From the NCBI RefSeq assembly GCF_009914755.1, contig NC_060943.1: 64,000 nt of DNA; one strand, 5' to 3'. The DNA is from the human T2T-CHM13v2.0 reference genome, Homo sapiens. Within the stretch, counting starts at the first letter, position 1. Every line of letters starts with the position of its first letter. Below, in pieces: positions 32,130-45,200 of this stretch. Under the pieces are notes generated by a model. The model made no database searches. It had not been told where the DNA came from and worked only from the letters and a program-made list of their open reading frames with translations. The position numbers were made by a program, and so were the translations under genes.

Positions 32130-32280
32130 AGCTCCCCCTTCACCAATGGAGAAACTGAGGCCCAAAGAGGGGAGATGATCTGCCCAAGGTCATGAAGAGA
32201 TGGCAGCAGGGCCAGCACCAGAGCTGCCACTCCTGCGGGCTCCTGGCTCAGTGCTTTTCCCACTGTGCCATGATGTGAAG
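32130..32280 (-). mobile_element. MIR
   Basis: atggagaaactgaggcccaaagagggg..atctgcccaaggtca. Confidence 0.7.
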
Positions 32281-34443
32281 CTGGTAGTCCTTTTTCTCTC
32301 CTACTGAAGGAACTAAAACACAGCCAAACTGTCAAAAATATCAGGAGCAAGATGACCACACTCCAAAGAAGCAACAGTTTAATGATTCTCCACAACGCCC
32401 TAACTGCTTGAAAGATAGTGCATTCTTCAAAACTGCCCCATGCCGAACAGCCTACCAAATAGCTTCCAAAGTTGCAGATCAAATCATTGCTGATATTTTG
32501 AGGAGCTCCGTGTCAATAGCTGATGTTAATATTTTCTGAGAGACGGCATTGTGGAACAAATGCAAAACCAATGCCATCTGTCTCCAGGAAACAGCTCGAG
32601 ATTCCAGACATCGGAGAGGCCTGACACAACCAGGTTCCGGCACGAGAACCCCCACAGAGGTGGAGCAAGATGGGAAACAAAGAGATCCATTTCTGGTCCA
32701 GAGGAATCCTCCCCTGGTTCTTAGAAGACAAAATTAGTGAGATCTCTGAATGATTCTTCCTCTTTAAAACGCTGAGCCCAAATGCGTGTTTGTGATATCA
32801 TCATCACATTTGGCAGCAGGTTGGCGTGTGGTCAGATAGCAGGAGGGACTTCCTCAGTAAGAGATACAGAGATCTGCAAGAGACCGGCCACTGAGGCTGG
32901 TTACCATGAATGCCCGTTCTCCCAGGACCAATTGCCTGAATAAGACAGCCTCCAAAGGCGCCTGGAGGCCGAGGACTCTTAGAAGACTGGGTCAGCTGGT
33001 ATACCCATCAGAAGCCGGCTCTGGGAACTTACACAGAGGGGATTTTCAGGAAGGATACTGAGGCCTCACAGACTCACTATGCAGGGAGCAACTTGGGCTT
33101 GGGAAATGGTCCATGGCAGCTCCTGAAGTCCAGGCCTTCAGATGCACTGTGACCACTGAGTCAGCCCTCAGAAGACTCCCCAGGAAGCGTGCAGCAGAGC
33201 CCCAGGGTGGCCCGTTCAGGAGGGCATCCCTGCGGGGATGACAGCACTCAGCAAACTGCCTCCCCGCAGATACAGCCACTCCAGCTCCGGAGTTCCTGAA
33301 GACCTCAGAGGCTCTTAAATGGCGAGCATCCTTGGCTACCCAGCACGGAGGCTACTTGTGTACATCTTGTTTCTATGGTAACCCCATTCCCCAAACCCTA
33401 AGCAGGACATAAGGTTAGATGAGACAGACACATGTGCATGGGGAGCAAGGAGCAGGTTTTAAGCCTGGAGAACTCGGGTGCCCAGGGTGGCTCTGGCACT
33501 ATCTCTCTGCGGTGGACCGTCCCAGTACACCCGGGCAGCTCTGTGCTCCCAGCTGCCCTGAGCATCAGTGTCATGGGCTGAACCAACACACAGGGCAGCC
33601 CCAGCCCTCCCTGCTCCAACCTCTGCCGGAGTCAGGGCTCTCCAAGACAGTGCAGCTGGGCACCATGGTGGTGACCGGACGCCAACAGCTCACCGCCACC
33701 CCGTTCCCTCGGATGGACCCATGTGCCTCGTGCAGTGGAAGGGGCTGGCTCTTGTCCTTTTCATTCTCTCATCAGCCTGGTTCCCCTGAGGACTGCCTCA
33801 GTCTCTTGATTGGATTGGGGACTGCCTTAGCATGCTCTGGTGACAAGTGACATTCGTCGAGTGGTGGGACTGGAACAGATATGCCACAGAACAGACGATG
33901 GGGCTGCTGCCATCGGTCACCAGGATTACAAGGAGCGGGGGCCTTGGAGGCTGGACGAATCTGTCTTAATGTAGGAATGACAGTCAGGACCCTTGGTGAC
34001 AAGTGACAGAAACACAGCCTGAGCCAGATCAGGGAAGAGGGAGGGCTTGTAGGTTTACAGGCCAAACCTCAGGAAAGGCTGGCATGCTGCGGACAGCTGG
34101 GATCACCAGGATAGTCTCCATCTCTCATCCGCCTTTCCCAGGATCAGCACCACGCTTGCAGACCTGTCCCCTCTGAAGAGCTTGGCTGTGGCAGCCACAG
34201 GTCCCAGCTCACAAGCTCCCAGCCTCCCTAGGGTGATGAAGGCTGGGGCAAGGCCTTTTCTCAGCCCCCAGTTGAAAACTCCTGCTGAGGTGCTGGCTTG
34301 GAGCTTGGGGCATGTGCCCTTCCTTGGGTGCCAGCCCCATCCTTGCCCCCAGGACCTGGATGGTGAGTAAGGGAAGATGTCCCCCCCAAGAGGAAGGATG
34401 CTGCTGGTGCCAACAAGAAGACAGCACTCAGCAAAGTGCATGA

Positions 34444-34817
<374 letters not shown>

Positions 34818-34856
34818 TGAGTGTGGACCCTGCACAGGCTTTAGCATCTGGACGGG

Positions 34857-35258
34857 ACTGTGAGTCTGTTTTATGTTGCCAGAGAGGAATGTCTGAGGCT
34901 GGAGAATTTATGAAGAAAAGAAGTTGATTTGGCTCACGGTTCTGCAGGCTGTCCAGGAAGCATGGCGCTGGCATCTGCTTCTGGGGAGGCCTCAAGAAGT
35001 TTCCAATCATAGGGAAAAGTGATGGAGGTGCCAGCATGTCACATGGTGGGAAAGGCGGGGAGGGGCCAGGCTCCTTTAAACAACCAGCTCTCAAGCGAGG
35101 TAACAGGGCGAGAACTCCCTCGTTACCTCCAGGATGGCCCAAGCCATTCCTGAGGGATCTGCCCCCGGACCCAACACCTCCCACCAGGCCCCACCTCCAA
35201 CACTGAGGGTCACATTTCAACATGAGATTTGGCGGGGACGCACACACAAACCATCTCA
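34857..35258 (-). mobile_element. MaLR solo LTR (MSTB-like)
   Basis: aatttatgaagaaaagaag..ggctcacggttctgcaggctg...catgagatttgg..caaaccatctca. Confidence 0.85.
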
Positions 35259-38200
35259 GGGTGTTTTCCTGGCTTCATCCCGAACTGCACTGATGTGCAG
35301 TGGAAAGAAAGTGGGGGCAAAGGTGCCCCTCCCCAGAAAGATGTGCCCTGAGCAGGGCCCTCAACCCCTCAGCCTCAGAGAAGCACACACTCATCCACTG
35401 AGCATGCCAGGAGCCCCCATGAGTGGGGTCGGAGGGAGAAGCCGGCAGGTGATGTACCCTTCAAGTCACTGGGCAGTGCCCAGACCCAGGCACCCTACCA
35501 CGCCCACAGAGCAGCAGCCAGACCTCCCGACCCCACCAGATGCCCCCCATCCTCTCGGCCTCTCCAACCCCCTACCCGGCTGTAAGCTCAGTCCTTTCAT
35601 GAATGGAATAGGAAGTGAGACAGGGGAGAAAGGACACGGGAGGTGGTGGCGAGCAGGTCACTGGTGGGCAATGGGGGTTTGAGCCTGCAAGACACCCCTG
35701 GCAACTGCGCAGGACACATCTCAGAGCTGGGCCACATAAGACGGGAGGAAGCTGCGGCATTTATCCATCCACTCCATTCATCCGTCACTGGCTGGAGCCA
35801 CTCCTGGGATGCCGATGCCCACACGCCTCCGTGGCTATAGGGAGCCCACAGGCTGAGTCACAGGAACCGAGGGTAAGGTGGCTGGTGTGCAGGGTGGCCG
35901 TGCGTGTCCAGGAGGTACAGGGGGCATGCCAACAGCATCCACTGTGTCTCCAGGCAGGCACTTCTGCAGGGCTGAGACAAGCCCCAGTGACAGGGAGGGG
36001 GCAGGCATCCCAGCAGGGCTCAGTCCCAGAGAGAAACTTGGGCCTCATTCAAAAATGACCAACAGTCAGCAAGGGTATTGGGGTGCTGCATTTCCTGCAG
36101 CCACCATGAGCCTGGGAAGCTGACTGCCCAAGTGGCCTGCCCGGAAGGCGCACTTGCCCCAGAATAGAACTCTCTCCACCACCATGTCCGTACACACTAC
36201 AGGGTGGGGACACAGACACAATCCACCCTGTTACATCAAGTCAGATAACTCTCTTGCCTGCATCATAATTAACTTTACTTTCTTCAAAGGAACACATTAA
36301 GGCAAAATGTTGGGGATCTTTTAAAACAAAGCCATTTTCCTCACTAGGATTATTTTTGATGAGCTAAGTGGTGTTAGTTTTTAAATTGCAATCGAGAGAG
36401 AAAGCACGCATGCACAGAGCCATCGACAATTTTCATTTCCAACAATTGCAGTTGTGAATCCTGCTACCAATGCTGCTAATAGCTTCCGTGGTGGTTTATA
36501 CTGATTTGCCTAAGAGCCAAACCCCAGGCTTCTGTCTTGAAGAATCAAAGGGTGACTCGGGCCAATTAGTGCACATCTTGAACCACACCTTCTCTGGAAA
36601 GAAAGCATTCTTGGCAGTACCCACTTATCAGAATCGTGGGGTGTTCTGGAGCCCCTGATGGGAAATGGAGTGGTTTAGAGGAAGAGGTTAAATTTGACCT
36701 GTTGGATCGTGACCTCAGTGGAGCATTGGGGGACCCAGTCATTGACTCTCCACCCTCAAGAATACAAAATGCTCCAACATGGAACGTTCCAGTGGACGGC
36801 GGCAACCGGCATGCTATGGGCTCCTTTAAAAATAAGCCCCATTGTTCCCCAACCGCCTATTAATAGCTTGAAAAGACATCTGTTCCTAATTTGGTCTTCT
36901 CAAACCAAGAAATCTTCCCTTCACTTTCCTCCAGGGCTAGGATGAAATCAATCAAGCTACAAAATTTATTAAGCACCAGACACATTCTGTCCCAGACCTC
37001 AGAGCCAGCCCTGCAATGTGGCCCAAGCACTCGAAGGCCCTGGTCTGCACGGAGCATGCACCCTTCCTCCAGCTCAGATGGCACTAAAGAGCCCCCAGGG
37101 TGAGCCAGTCCCACCCAGTTCAGTGCCCCAGCTCCCTCTGCTCCGTCCCCTGGGGTCAGCTGTTCGAACAGTTTCTGACTCGAGGCATAGCTCCCTTAGA
37201 TTCTGCCAGGGACGGGCAGCTCACTGTCTCTCAGATGACCCCTCTCATTCCCAAATATCTGCAGCTGCTAAACACTCCCAAACTCACCTCCCACAATCAG
37301 TCCCATCTCTCTGGGGCCACACGCAGCAGGTTGACTCTTCTGATTATGGCAAGCCTTCAGCTACTTGAGTGGAGATGTCTGCCCGTCCCCATGACTCCTC
37401 TCCAGCTTTGGTACCTGGGTAGCAGGGGGCTGTTGGGGACCCAATGCCCAGACAGGACAAGCGAGTCCAGGGACGTAAAGCCACATGGACGCCCATTCCT
37501 GGCAGCAGCTTCAGCAATCATGTATCCTCCACGCCCCCTGCACCCACTCCTGCAGTCCCAGACGCACAGCTCACCATTTTCAGGGTACACGGTGCTCGCC
37601 ACACCCCGGGGCCTTTGCATGGCTCTCCCCACTTCCCAGTATGCTTTCCTCTGCTTTCTACAAAGCTGTTCCCCAACCTTGTCATCCAGTCCCCAGTAAC
37701 GGTCCCTGACCTTGCTGCTCAAGTGCACCCCCAGTCACGCCCAAAGCACACCCCTCTTTCAATTCTCTACTGTCTGATTTTTCTCTTTATTCACATTTAT
37801 CATCTTTCTGCCCCTCTAGAATGGAAGACCATGAATAAGCACAGGGGAAGGACTCAATAATCAGTTGTCATCTGGATAAAGAAAACAACTTTCCAGGCAG
37901 AAGAAACGGCAGCTGGAACCAAGACACCTGGAGCAGCCATGGAGCAGCGGTGGAACCCACTGGTCCTGAGCACATGCTTCGGCGTGAAAAGGACCTGTGG
38001 CCAGCTGTGGCCCTGGGCAAGCTGCTTGACCTTCCTGAGTCTCGCCTCTGCGTCTGCACAGTCAGGACTGGCACAGCGCTGGCCTCCTGATGCTGTGTGT
38101 GGTGCTGTTTGCAGAGCACTTGATAGAATGCGGGTTCAAAGCAAACCCTTCATCTATGGGCCGAGGAGGAAACCTGGCTCAGTGCACAGGCCAGCCCAAG

Positions 38201-39041
38201 GAGAGAGATGAGGCAGGGCTGGCCAGTGGGGATGCAGTGGCCTTCAACAGCATGTCAAGGCTTCTGCCCTGGGGACAGCACAGTGGGAGGAGCTGCCCAG
38301 CCTCATGGGCTGAAGTCAGAAGAGCCAGAAATAAACGCTACCCTCAAGGCCTAGATGGGGACCTGTCCCTGACTCTACTGTCTCCGTCTGTTCTTCCCCT
38401 GTGCACCTATAGAAGAGCCTCAGGCCCCCTGGGGGACTCAAGCTCAGGGAGGGGGCCTATGTGGGGAGCAAATCTGCAGCTGCTTCTCTCTGTGGCTCAC
38501 ATCCCCTAGGAGTGATAAGGGAGCAGGCCCTGCTCTCCGGCCTCAGCCTCAGCCTCAGCCTCAGTGTCCCTCCCCTCTGCCGGTACCAGCCCCCGGGTGT
38601 GAGAGAAAGCAGAGGTCTGAAGAAATGGGCTCCCAGAGGGCCCCGCCTCAACCCCACTGGCCCAAGGCCCCCTGCAGCTCCTGGGCCTGAGCCAAGGCAA
38701 TTCCGTCAGTGCCAGGGTCCCCAGGACACAGCCAGGATTGTGCAGTCCGCGGCAGGCTCCCAGCCACAGCTGAGGGGACAAGGCCCAGCTGTTCCTGCAG
38801 ACAAGTGGGCAGCTTTCTTCCCACATGAAAAGGGAACCTGTGTCTCTGGGGGAGGGACAGGAGGAGGGAAGAGGCCAGGGGAGGCCCAGGGATGACTGCT
38901 CAGGGTCCTGTACAGCCTGGGGTGGGCAGGTGGGGCCAGGAAGAGGGAGGCAGCCCTGGTCCTAAGCAAGCCTCCCAGCCACCAGCTCAACCCATTCTCC
39001 ACCTCTGACCCCTGTGTGACCCTGGGCCAGCCCCTTCCCTA

Positions 39042-39547
<506 letters not shown>

Positions 39548-39857
39548 TCAGAACTCCGTCTGATTGGAGGGTAGACCCACGCCCCAGCACGCCCTGCGCG
39601 GCCTAGGAAACAGTGTGTGTGGCCACCCACAGTGCGGGTCCCAAGACCCCGGGAAGGCATCCAAGGGGAGGCACTGGAGGCGGAGTTAGGATCAGCTCTG
39701 CCCCACTAGAGCCCAAATGCACCATCCCAGGACCCCCGGGGCCCTTCTCTGAAAACTGACAGGACAGAAACTATCTGGAGAGAGTCTCTTTTGAATGACT
39801 CCTCTTCCATGGGCCTTATCGTTAATCATACACCTTTCTTTGGAGATGAGAAATCCA

Positions 39858-40172
39858 GGCTGGGCACGGTGGCTCACACCAGTAATCCCAGCACTTTGGG
39901 AGGCCAAGGCAAGAGGATAGCTTGAGCCCAGGAGTTTGAGACCAGCCTGGACAACACAGTGAGATCCCTGTCTCTGCAAAAAATTAAAAAATTAGCCGGA
40001 TGTGGTAGGATGCACCTGTAGTCCCAGTTACTCAGGATGCTGAGGCAGGAGGATCACCTGAGCCCAGCAAATCGAGGCTGTAGTGAGCCGTGATCATGCC
40101 ACTGCACCTCCAGCCTGGGCGACAGAGCAAGACCCCAACTCTTAAAAATAGAAATTAAATTAAAATAAAAAA
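39858..40172 (+). mobile_element. Alu (AluJ-like)
   Basis: Full dimer; TSD aaatcca. Confidence 0.92.
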
Positions 40173-41875
40173 TCCACCTATGTCTGCACCAATCTCTACC
40201 ACACACCCCAGGGCAGCCCAAGGCAGGCCCTCTTCCCACTGACTTCACCCCAGGTTCCAGCAGAAGCTCCCTGCACACCAGGCCCTCCAGGGCTCAGCTG
40301 CAGAACACGTGGGACCCACAATCCCAGGAAGGTGAAGTCTGGGCCCTCCAGGAAGGGGCAGATGACATGCCAATAGGGTTGGTAGGTGAGGCTGTTTGCA
40401 GATCATTGAGCCCTTCTAGGAGAGATAGGGGATCATGTAAACTGGGTCTTATTAAATGTAGCAGCAGCTGCTATTTAATGAGTGATTTTTAATGGGAGAT
40501 AAAGACCTGGATAGAGACTGCCAGGACTCTTTCTGTTTCAGAAAACTGAGCTCCAACTGGAGTGTGGAATGCAACAGGAAGGTAGTAAGGTCCACGGAAT
40601 TGAGGAATGCAGGGTGCACCTCTCTCCCAGCACGGCTGCATCGCGGGAGTCAGCTCTCGGGATCTCTGCTCCGGCTTGTCCCCAAATGGTGCAGAGCCGG
40701 CTCTGGCCATCCTCACAGCCCGCCTTGCTGGGGACAAAGGAGTGCCACTTTCCTGGTGACTCTGGCCAAGCTCACCATCATGATGCACGCAGGTCCAGCC
40801 GGGACACCGTGCACCCTTGACCCTATTACTGCAGTCAGGGGCCAGAGTGTCCTGATTGGGGAGGCCTGACTCATGGTTCCCTGTCTGAGGTTGTGGGATG
40901 GGCCCAGTGAGACAGGCGAGCAGGGGCTTACCTCCACACAGAAAGCCCATGACCTCCCTGGCACACAGGTGAGCCGGCAGGCTGGTCCCCGTTCCACTCT
41001 AGGGAAGAATGAGAGCCCAGAAAATTGTCACTGCGCCTTCCTTCCTGGGAGACTGCCTTTTGTCGTGTTGATGAAGAGGTGTTTGCGAGGCCTATTCACG
41101 TTGCTGGAGAGCCATCTTTAGGACAGGTGGTGTCCATGCCGCCTCGGGGGACGTCCCTGCTCCAGGGTCACCCCACAGAGCTGTTGATGCCCCCAGCGCC
41201 CTCCGACGTGATGAAGAGCCTCCAAGAGCAGAGCGGGCCAAGCCTCAGACATGTTGTAACAGTACGTGGAAGTCATTAGCTTCCATTTTAATTTAAGAAG
41301 CCCAATTTTATAAATAAGAGCAAATTTTCCCAGGCTATTATTTCTAATTACGCATTTACATCAATTCACATTATGCGGTTGATGAAATGTTAATACCAAA
41401 GGCAATTTTCTGCTGATGGGTGGCATGGAGAGGAGTTTCTTCACATCACAAGTCAATATTTTTGGGAATAATTATCCAGTTGCTCACCAGAGTCTGCACT
41501 GACTAACCTAATGGCTGTGTCTACACAGTCCCTAACTTGAGGCGCTAAGAGGGGAAATGCTCCAATGGGGAGAGAAGGTGGAGGAGACCAAGATCACGCT
41601 GAGGGGGGACCCTGGACAGCTCTGATGTGGCCTCTCCTGGCTGGTGGGACAGGCTCAGAATCAACTGCACTGTGGACCAGCATCACGTCTTTTGATTATT
41701 TTACAAAATGGCTCTAGAACTTAGACTTTCATGTGCAAGGTGAGAATGGTGATAGTAACTTTCTTATAGGGTAAGTTAATATATGTATGCCTTCATTCAC
41801 TTGTTAATCTAAGAAACACTTAATTGCACACCTCCTCTCTGTCAGGTACACAGTAGGTACTCAATAAGTGATAGT

Positions 41876-42240
41876 GCATGGAATACTATGCAGCCATAAA
41901 AAAGAATGAAATTGTGTCCTTTGCAGCAACGTGGATGCAGCTGGAGGCTATATCCTAAGGGAATTAACACCAAAACAGAAAACCAAATACCACATATTCT
42001 CACTTACAAGTGGGAGGTAAACACCAGGTACACATGGACATGGAGATGGGATCAACAGACACTGGGATCTACAAGAGGGTGGGCAGTGTGTGTTGAAAAA
42101 CCACCTATCAGGTACTATGTTCACTGTTTGGGTTAAGGGGTCATCAGAAGCCCAAACCTCAGTATCACTCAATATACCCATGTGACAAACCCGCATGTGT
42201 CCCCCAAATCTGAAATAAATTTTAAAAGAATAAAACAAAT
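41876..42240 (+). mobile_element. 5'-truncated L1 3' end (L1PA15/16- or L1PB-like)
   Basis: catggaatactatgcagccataaaaaagaatga...tatacccatgtgacaaacc, A-rich tail. Confidence 0.85.
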
Positions 42241-43780
42241 GGAAGTGATGACTCTGAGGAGGAGGAGGCACAGACATCCTGGCAGAGTGAGCCCGTGGGA
42301 ACCTCCTGGGTCTGGGTGGCATCTCAGAGTTGAACGGCACCACGGCAACAGAGGCAGAGAAATCACAGACATCTGTCTGCAGATACAGCCCAAGCCCTGA
42401 AGGACACAGTCAGAAGGATGTGTCGTTCAGTGCAGGAGAGCCCCTCCAACTGCTCACAGAGCCTCTTCTATGAGGAAGCGCAGTACTAGGTGTCAGGGCA
42501 TGGGAGAGGCAACAGGGGCCGGGACGAGGCTGGAGGCTGAGGCGGTGAAGAGAAATAGACAGATCTGAGAGCTGTCCCAAAGGTAACAGCCCAGATCTCA
42601 GCAATAGGCCGCAGAGGGTAGGGAGGGAAAGGCATCAGGGATCCCTCATGTTGGGCTATGTGGGTGTCAGGCCAATTACCAAGACAAAAAACAGAAGCAA
42701 CTACCAGGCTCATAGTAGACCAGCCTCAAGCCCCTGCTGAGAGCCTGGCTTGCGAAGGAAAATCACCAGCTTCATATGAACACTGTGAAGTTCCCTTGTG
42801 ACATCTCCATGGAAGCCCACCAAGATAAAGGACCACCTCCATCTGGAGCTAGAGAAGAGGGCACGGCACTGAGCTGTGGGGAACCCCTACACTCTGGGGT
42901 TTGACAAAGGCGGCCACCAGAAAACTTACAAGGAGACGGAGATGTGTGGCCAGAGTCACTAGAGGAAAGTAAAGAGATCTGGTCACAGAAACCCAGAGCT
43001 TCAGAAAGCAGAGCTCAGCCTAATAAGCTAGAAAGTCAAGATGAGGACTAACACGTGCACCTCGAATTTGAGAACACGCCAGCACTGAGGCACCTCAGCA
43101 GGAGCCAATTCCGGGACAGGGTGGCCTGGAAGTCCACGCAGAAGACACACTTGTCCAGGAGGCAGGGAGGCCTTGCTGTGCAGGGAAGGAAGATGGGTGG
43201 TGGCCCCTGTAGGCCTGTGCAGGAAGACCTGGGAATGGGGCAAGCCCTTTGTCCTCTCCAGCCTGGGACCCTCAAGCCCAGGAGTGAGGAGCTAAGTAGG
43301 CAGTGGCAGGGACCTCAGGGCTGGGGCTCCAGCTACTTCTTCTTGCGTCGAGCTCGGTTTCTTGTCTGTAAAAAGGAGAGGAATTCTAGGCACAGCATTG
43401 GCATGAGGGTGAAAGGAGAGCACAGAACCTGACTTGCAGAGGTGCACAGCCCTCCCAGGCAGAGCAACGCACAAACGCCTCCCTGCAGCCAGCACCACCT
43501 GCCAGATGCTTCCCTGTGACCAGCACCATCCGCGATTATTCCTGGGCTCAAATGCTCCAGTGCCAGGCACAGGTGAGAGGGTAACTTAGATACAGGACTG
43601 AAAAAAAGGCCAAATTCAGGGGTAACATCCTCACCCAAACTTGAAATAGATTAAAAACTCAGGTGAGTTTGCGAACCCATGGGGAACATAGCTCACAGGC
43701 ACTTCAAGTCTCACAAGCATCCCCACAGCTGGCATGAGGGTGCCCAACTCTCCCCCGTCCTCTATCACTGTCCCCACAGG

Positions 43781-44072
43781 TATTTTTTTGAGACAGGGTC
43801 TCACTCTGTCATCCAGATGGAATGCAGTGGTGCAATCATAGCTCACTACAGCCTCCACCTCCCAGGCTCAAGTGATCCTCTTGTCTCAGCTTCCTGAGTA
43901 GCTGGGACCACAGGCACGCACCACCATACCCAGCTAATTTTCTGTATTTTTTGGTAGAGACAGGGTCTTGCCATGTTGCCCAAACTGGTCTCAACCCCCT
44001 GGGCTCAAGCAATCTGCCTACCTTAACCTCCCAAAGTGTTGGGATTACAGGTGTCAGCCACTGCACTTGGCC
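43781..44072 (-). mobile_element. Alu (AluJ-like)
   Basis: TSD tgtc(c/a)ccacaggt. Confidence 0.92.
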
Positions 44073-44879
44073 TGTCACCACAGGTTTTAATAAGGCTGAG
44101 AGGAGAGTGGGCAAGGACACACCTCAGACCCTCTGGTTGGATGCCACACCAAAGTATCCTGCCCAGGGAGCCACAGCTGGGGCTGGACAGAGGAGGCCTA
44201 GAGCCCCATGCAGGCTGAACAGAGGTGGCAAGCTGGGCCCTCACATCAGCCTGCAGACCCAGCAGCGTTTATTTTTGCAGTAGAACCAACATATAACAAT
44301 TAGATTTTACATAAAAATCTGGGTTTCCAGCTTCATCTGAAACACTGGGGCAGCTGGCCACGCAGGGCTTGCTCTCCACAGGGCAGCCACAGGCCAGAGC
44401 CCAGCAGCTCCCACCCCAGGAATGCGGGAGGGCAATGTGGCTCCAGGCCCTGCCAATCCCCAGCATCTCAGGCCCGCCCCCCAACACCCCATTCCATGTC
44501 TGCCTGTCCCCTGCAGGCCCCTCCACCCATTTCCCTGCTTGTCCTCCTGCCCCTTATGGCCTACAAATCCACATGCTGGGCCCCAAGCCTCTGAGAGCTC
44601 TCGGACGCCACCTTCCAGGCAGCAGGGGAGGGAAAGAAGCCCTGGGGCTGCACGGGCAGGGGGTCCCCTCTTCTGCGGCTAGGGCAAGTCCTGGGGAGCA
44701 GGTCTTTCTGGCCACCCCAAGCCTGCCTGGCGTGGAGGGGAAGGGTCACCATCCACTCTGCCCTCAAGAGCAGCCCAGCAAGGGAAGGAGGACTGTTCTG
44801 AGAAATGAGGAAGAAAGGGAAGTCGGGCCCAGAATTGTGACCCCAGGAGGGAAAGTGTGCCCTTAGAAGAAAGCAGGAT

Positions 44880-45200
44880 GGGGCAGGGTGTGGTGGCTCA
44901 CACCTGTAATCCCAGTAATTTGGGAGGCCGAGGTGGGTGGATCACCTGAGGTCAAGAGTTTGAGACCAGCCTGGCCAACATGGTGCAACCCTGTCGCTAC
45001 TAAAAATATAAAAATTAGCTGGGTATGGTGGTGCATGCCTGTAATCCCAACTACTCAGGAGGCTGAGTAAGGCAGGAGAATCGCTCGAACTCAGGAGGTG
45101 GAGGTTGCAGTGAGCCAAGATCGTGCCACTGCATGCCTGGGCGACAAAGTGAGACTCCATCTCAAAAAAAAAGAAAAAGAAAAAAAGAAAAGAAAAGAAA
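44880..45200 (+). mobile_element. AluS
   Basis: Full dimer; TSD aagaaagcagga. Confidence 0.93.

Noticed and set aside
40451-40479. Short imperfect hairpin attaaatgtagcagcagctgctatttaat
   Set aside because: Too short for a pre-miRNA and compatible with chance
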